From Octopus vulgaris (Eukaryota), in the NCBI GenBank assembly GCA_951406725.2, contig OX597825.1, forward strand, positions 87,420,001-87,484,000: a DNA stretch of 64,000 nt, given 5' to 3'. Positions 58,083 through 64,000 of this stretch are shown one piece after another. How positions within the stretch are numbered: the stretch's first letter is position 1; each line of letters starts with the position of its first letter. The notes below the pieces were generated by a model. That model was not told where the DNA came from. It was given only the letters and a program-made list of their open reading frames with translations, and ran no database searches. Both the position numbers and the translations under genes were made by a program.

Positions 58083-58186
58083 ATCGATTATGACCCGGAT
58101 AACTTTATGAAGAATGTTCTAGAGACTATGAAGGGCAATGCCATCGAAAATCTGAAGGTCCTAAGGGATACTGTGGACAAGGACAG
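58083..58186 (+). CDS. Third internal exon of the M13 peptidase: IDYDPDNFMKNVLETMKGNAIENLKVLRDTVDKD(R/S)
   Basis: tttattgtAG acceptor, GTAAGG donor; 104 nt, phase 0/2, no stops. Aligns by eye with neprilysin [35 protein letters not shown] (recalled) and continues the frame of the previous exon. Confidence 0.9.
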
Positions 58187-58487
58187 GTAAGGATTCCAAA
58201 AATTATTCCATCGAATTTTAAAAGATCTCTAAGGTGGTTTATACTCTGAGTAACCTGGATGCCTTCGGTAGCGCTTCCTAAAAACACCAGAAATACACTA
58301 AAGTCCATTCTGCATTATATACACGCTTCTTTATTTCAATAGGTATCACAAGAGATTAACGCTAATCCATATAAATGTGAGGTGCGCCATACAGCTAAAT
58401 GAAAACTTCGTTAGATGTGAGTTGTGCAAAAGATCCTAACTCACTGACAGATCATGCAAAGTAAACAACAAAATCAATAATAAAGAT

Positions 58488-58707
58488 TGTTTGCCAACAT
58501 AACATGGCTGTCTTGGTTTAGAACGAATGTCGCTATAATTTAGCCCCAGGAGACATCGTCTCCAGCTGGCTATACGACACGATCTGTCTCCTTATATTTT
58601 CGAACAAAAGAACCATGTCGTATAGCCAGCTGGAGACAATGTCTCCTGGGGCTAAATTACAGCAACATTCGTCCTAAACCAGGACTGCCATGTTATATTG
58701 GTAAACA
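58488..58707. mobile_element. Fold-back/MITE-like hairpin element, ~93-bp arms and ~33-bp spacer
   Basis: tgtttgccaacataacatggc...ccagctggctatacgaca pairs with tgtcgtatagccagctgg...gccatgttatattggtaaaca. Confidence 0.85.
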
Positions 58708-59509
58708 CCTTTACTCCAAAGTACTGTTATCTCTCCTTGTGAGATTTACAAATAGTAATTTTCCAAAATCAATATTGTCGCAAGTGCTTGGAAGGATACA
58801 GCGCCGATCTTAGAACAATAATAAAGTAGAAAGAAGTAACGTTATCGATCATTTGGAAATTTATTGTTGGCACAGTATAAAGGTGTTCTTAGGTCCGCTA
58901 TGAAGGGTTCTCTTAATCCTTGTCATAGCAAAAGAGATTTGATCGTTTGAAACTGATTGCCTTCGCAAAAGAGACAACTCAGTGGCACAGCCCATACTCT
59001 TTCCTCGGTCGACTCACCAATCCGAATTACATACTTAACGAAATATCAGTGAGCCGCAAATATTTGATCCTTATTTTGGTAAACAATGAATATAATTTCC
59101 GCAAATATGGTGTCGCAGATCACGTTTGAAGCTTCAGATGTGACAATCCAATAATGATCATCCAATTACATGAATCCAATATTTCATTCCTCAGATTTCT
59201 GTGTTTCATATCACCTGGGCAGAGACTGAAATATCTCGACTTATTCCCTTTCATTCTACTGATGAGTGTGCTATTTTTTTAGAATTTATTCATGCACGTA
59301 GAACTTTGTAATTAGATCTGTATATTTAGGTGTGTTCTTTTCAGGTCAGGAGTTCACAAAAGAATGTTGTTAGATTGAAGTTGTATGTTACCCAGTGGAT
59401 GTAGAATTCGATTTAGTCTGTGTTCGTGTCTTTGGATGTTAATGGTATATTTTGTCCTCTCTATTGAGAATAGGAAGTTTTAAACACTGAACTCAACTCG
59501 GATTTACTA

Positions 59510-59594
<85 letters not shown>

Positions 59595-60354
59595 ATATAA
59601 TATAATATACATAAATATATATATGTATATGTGTGTATGTGTGTGGGCATGTATGTATGTGTGTGTGTGTATGTTTGTGTATGTGTGTCTGTGTTTGCGT
59701 GTGTCTGTGTAAACTGTATATTAAAAAAAATTTCGAGGTAGTTCTACTTAATCGTTCTGCCAGACATAGCAGTCAATTCTACCTGAAAGCCAACTATAAT
59801 GTATTTTAAATATATAGAGAACATTGTAAAACTTAGTCCTTAAAGACGTGGTGGTCATATCCAGAGCACTCTTGATAGAAAAGTGTGCCCAGTGAAAACT
59901 GACCTAAGGCTAACCAACACCAGCAGCTACTTATTTCTAAATTTGTTGTTGTTGTTTAACATCTGAGACTAATAACTTGATGTAGAACTCAATACATGTA
60001 TTCTTCAGAACGAAGTGTTAGACGAGTATAGAGCGGTAGTAAGAAAATGAGATGAGAAAGGAAAACCGATTAATTTATGAATTCCATTAGCTTGTGGCTG
60101 TTTCTACTGTACGATGCAATGGGCTCATAGTTGAGTGCCTGAATAAGATCTTATAACTTCATCGGAGCCTTGAATATGAAGCGCAATTTATCTGGGAAAA
60201 TAAGTAGATTTGGGCATTTCTCTTCATATATGCACAAATGTAATTCAACAATGAGTCCAGTGCACCCGACATCAGAAACAACAGTAAGCCATTGAAGTTC
60301 ATAACATGATCACTTTTGCTTGTCATCTCATTTTCTTATGTATACATACATATG

Positions 60355-60440
<86 letters not shown>

Positions 60441-60521
60441 AATGTATATTTATATATATACATACATATATATATATACATACACATATATATATGTACA
60501 CACACACATACATATATATGC

Positions 60522-60578
<57 letters not shown>

Positions 60579-60605
60579 TATATACATGTGTATATTAATA
60601 ATTTA

Positions 60606-61127
60606 GGGTACTAACAAGCAGTACTGGAATGCTAAATATAGCAGCCAAAATGACTAAACTACAATTGTCACTTAAACACAAAGGTGAAAAAGGGGCAAAG
60701 GAGTAAATATTCTAAGACCCCCTATAAATGACGAAAATAACGGAAGATTGAAAAAAGCCAGACATACCTGTATCACCGTTATATCTAACACTGAGAAAGA
60801 CTCTTCGTACATCTTCAAAGAGACTTACTGACCCCAGGGTTATAGAAATTATTCATCTCACCGCAGCAAATTTTAAAAGGTGATCGAAGTGAATAAAATT
60901 TATTTACATATATATGAGCACGCTGAAAATGAACGAAGAATTTTTCTCACAGTTCAACATCACGGTGATACGGGTGTGTTTGGCTTTTTCAATTTTCGAT
61001 TATTTTTGTCATTGTTTTAGAATTTTTATTCATGTGCCCGTTTTCACCTTTGTGCTTAAGTGAAAAATTGGTGGTTTGGTCATTTTGACTGCTATATTTA
61101 GCATGCCGCTTCGGCACGGTAGTACCC
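60606..61127. mobile_element. Non-autonomous DNA transposon with ~200-bp imperfect TIRs and TTAA-like flanks (Kolobok-like)
   Basis: ttta|GGGTACT...AGTACCC|ttaa; arms include atgctaaatatagcag.caaaatgac / gtcattttgactgctatatttagcat and cacttaa.cacaaaggtgaaaa / ttttcacctttgtgcttaagtg. Confidence 0.75.
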
Positions 61128-61225
61128 TTAATCATTAACTGATAACTTTCTTACTAATGTGGTAATAATGCTAAGCCACTGGTATTATTATAAACAATAA
61201 TATCCTCATATATATTCAAATATAC

Positions 61226-61263
<38 letters not shown>

Positions 61264-63430
61264 GTATATATGTAAATATATATATTTCGTGTATATACAT
61301 ATGTATTTATTATGTGTATGTTATATATATATATATATATATGTATGAGCGTATATAGATGTATCAATATTTATGTATATATCTAACTCTATGTATGTCT
61401 GTGCGTGTACGTGTGTACATTGATGTGTGTGATTCTGTGTGTGTCTATGTGTATGTGTTTGTGTTTGTGTGTGTGTGCATGTATGCTTACGTGACATTCT
61501 ATGTGTCTGTGCATATGCTCTCGTATCCGAGTGATTATACATCGCCGTTTCTCTTCCATTATACAATAAGTGATTTAGTTGAAGATGATCAGTGAGACAG
61601 ATTCATTATTATTAATTATTATCCATGACATAAAGCTCTTCCAACTTGTTAAGACACCAAACTGAAATTAATATAAATCACTTGTGCATTCATTAACCGA
61701 GAACAGAGTGGAATCATTTCTGTTGTAGTGTCTAAATCACTGGAATGAATTTAGTTTAGAAATGATTCTTTAACATTGCCTTGGTTTTGCTGCTCGAAAC
61801 GATTAACGCTTCTTCACATCACCATCTATTTACAAGGTGGTCATAATGAATTAAATACCACCATCTTTGTGATGATTAAAATTCTCAACCTCTGAATATT
61901 TTAAACATTGTTCCCATGTCAGATATTATCTCAGTCGACCTAATCTAAATTTTAATTGACGTACTTTAAGACAACGGGACTACACACTGACCATTTCTTT
62001 TAAATTTCTCTCATTTCTTTGTGACTTTTAGAGGCACCATGTCTGGAATCGTATCAAGTTATTTAACACGAGATATATTTGACGGTTATTCATAAGAGAA
62101 AAAATGCGATTCCTTGCATTTTCAAATATCGAGCAAAGATTATTACATACTAACTCAATAGTTTCTTTCATTACTAATTCTAGAAAATAATATCAGCTGT
62201 ATTTTCCAAAAATTATGGAGAAGAAAGATAAGATGATTTTATTGTGATTATAAGATGATTGTATTCTGATTATAATGCTTTAATAATTCTGAAGTCAAAA
62301 TATTCTGCACACATCTGTCATAAACAAAAATCTACCTTCTTAGCTTTCATCTTGACAATCATATAATAATGAACATTACAATAAACGGAACGTATTGAAA
62401 TCTGTTTTCACGTATTAATTACATTCGACATTAAGTAGGTTTATTATCATTATTCTGAAGACGTGTTTCAGTGTGTTTATTGAATTTGGTGTAACCTACT
62501 TCTTGATTCTTATCGGAGCAAATACATCTGAAGGTTAAAACGAAGAATTTTCTTTCAGAAACAGTTTATATGAGTATAAATTATATAATATGAAAAATGT
62601 AGTTTCTTGAATTTTCCTGATCAGAAGACGCTATTGATTACTCATCAATCATGGTGAACCTTCTCAAAGAATTCTGTTAATTATTTCCGTTAGATACATG
62701 ATTAAATTTAATTAAGTAGTACATTCATTATTAAATTAAGCTGATTCAAATAGTTTGAAACACTCCAATCTAAACACAAACATTAGCAGAATACAAATAG
62801 AACAGCGCACTTTGCCTCATCGCTCGTTTTACACAGATTACTTCCGTAAACTATACAAGGAAAAATATTCGGAGTCAATCACCAATAGATACACTCAATT
62901 GAATAAGCCCAAATCTGTGATTTTCTCCATCAATGATATTGCATATAAACAAAAGGGGTCCTAGTTCCAGGAACCCGCACTATGCAACACACCTTCATTA
63001 TCTATATAGCTGACAAACTTATCAAGTTAAAAGAAGCTAGAAGAAAAAAAAAATTATTTATCGTATGCAATCCAAATAGCTGGATGTTGGAGTGTACAGT
63101 GTAGTTTTCTGTTCGACGTAGAAATGTTATAAGGGATTTATGGATCAGACATATTGTCTAGCCGTTGAAGTACGGGATGTTGGCTTGCTTTACTAAATGA
63201 GACCAAGGGCTAAAACAATACCAAAGAGAGTCTTTCGATCTCAAAGTGTCAGTGAACAAGTATTAGTTGTGTGGCCAATTTTTTTTACACCTCATCAAAG
63301 CCAATTCAATTTAATTTACAAGTTTTGTGTGTTATCAAATAGCCAATGCATTTTGAACAGATTTTGTATCAGCCTAGATTTTCACGACTCCAAATTTACT
63401 ATAATCGCCTGTCTTTTCTCCTCTCTCTGA

Positions 63431-63478
<48 letters not shown>

Positions 63479-63502
63479 TTTTTTTTTTTTTTTTTTTTTT
63501 TG

Positions 63503-63717
63503 TACTTGTTTCAGTCATTTGACTGCGGCCATGCTGGAGCACCGCCTTTAGAGTGGTGAAAGAGTACAGCAGGGATCACCACCATCCCCTGCCGGAGCCT
63601 CGTGGAGCTTTTAGGTGTTTTCGCTCAATAAACACACACAACGCCCGGTCTGGGAATCGAAACCACGATCCTCCGACCGCAAGTCCGCTGCCCTAACCAC
63701 TTGGCCATTGCGCCTCC
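63503..63717 (-). mobile_element. tRNA-derived SINE, family C head joined to a family-B-type 3' tail
   Basis: Minus strand ggaggcgcaatggccaagtggttagggcagcggac..ggtttcgattccc (A and B boxes), ending ggcggtgctccagcatggccgcagtcaaatgactgaaacaagta followed by poly(A). Confidence 0.8.
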
Positions 63718-63763
<46 letters not shown>

Positions 63764-63766
<3 letters not shown>

Positions 63767-64000
63767 TATTATAAAAGGCAGATTTTATCTGCCTCCCTTT
63801 GTAACTTATAGAAATCTACAATATAGGATTTCTTCAATTACAATTTACCTAGCATTTTTAAGAGTAGAATGCATCGGGTCATGCCAGGTCCAGTTTTTAA
63901 AATTTAAACTCCAATTAAGCAAAATTTACAGAAAACTCACATTCTGGTGTGTATGTTAAATGCTTTTCTTAATGTGGTTTACACCACACGCACACGCACA
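63764..64000 (+). mobile_element. Possible Helitron-type 5' end running off the window
   Basis: a|TCTTATTATAAA start after (TA)n, with a small hairpin aggcaga-tttta-tctgcct; 3' end not visible. Confidence 0.35.

Noticed and set aside
62020-62100. Pyrimidine tract plus AG as the acceptor of the next M13 exon
   Set aside because: The following sequence does not encode the expected W...VNAFY motif in the required phase.
63640-63717. tRNA-like sequence on the minus strand
   Set aside because: It has A/B boxes but no proper acceptor stem and continues into a SINE body, so it is a SINE head rather than a tRNA gene.

Overview
AT-rich, microsatellite- and repeat-dense eukaryotic DNA. The SINE and repeat repertoire looks like an octopus (cephalopod) genome; this is inferred, not proven. 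The only host gene I can support is three plus-strand internal exons (28469-28567, 38539-38616, 58083-58186) of an M13 metallopeptidase of the neprilysin/ECE family, separated by introns of about 10 kb and 19.5 kb. Nearly all ORFs in the supplied track are microsatellite artefacts. The intronic DNA holds tRNA-derived SINEs, two Tx1/L1-type LINE 3' fragments in a (TATC)n tract, R4/Dong-like 3' ends in (TAA)n, a CR1 fragment nested in a MITE, two Tc1/mariner (maT-like) remnants, Helitron/Helentron-type elements, several MITE-like inverted repeats, a ~960-bp tandem duplication and Penelope-like (GIY-YIG) remnants. The most interesting signal is a recurring ~200-bp, (TA)n-embedded, non-coding element carrying a minimal type-I hammerhead ribozyme motif. 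It has at least six copies, two with a non-canonical CUGUNGA core, and the best-preserved plus-strand copies would be transcribed in the peptidase pre-mRNA. A second hammerhead with a long stem II lies just downstream of the Penelope endonuclease ORF.
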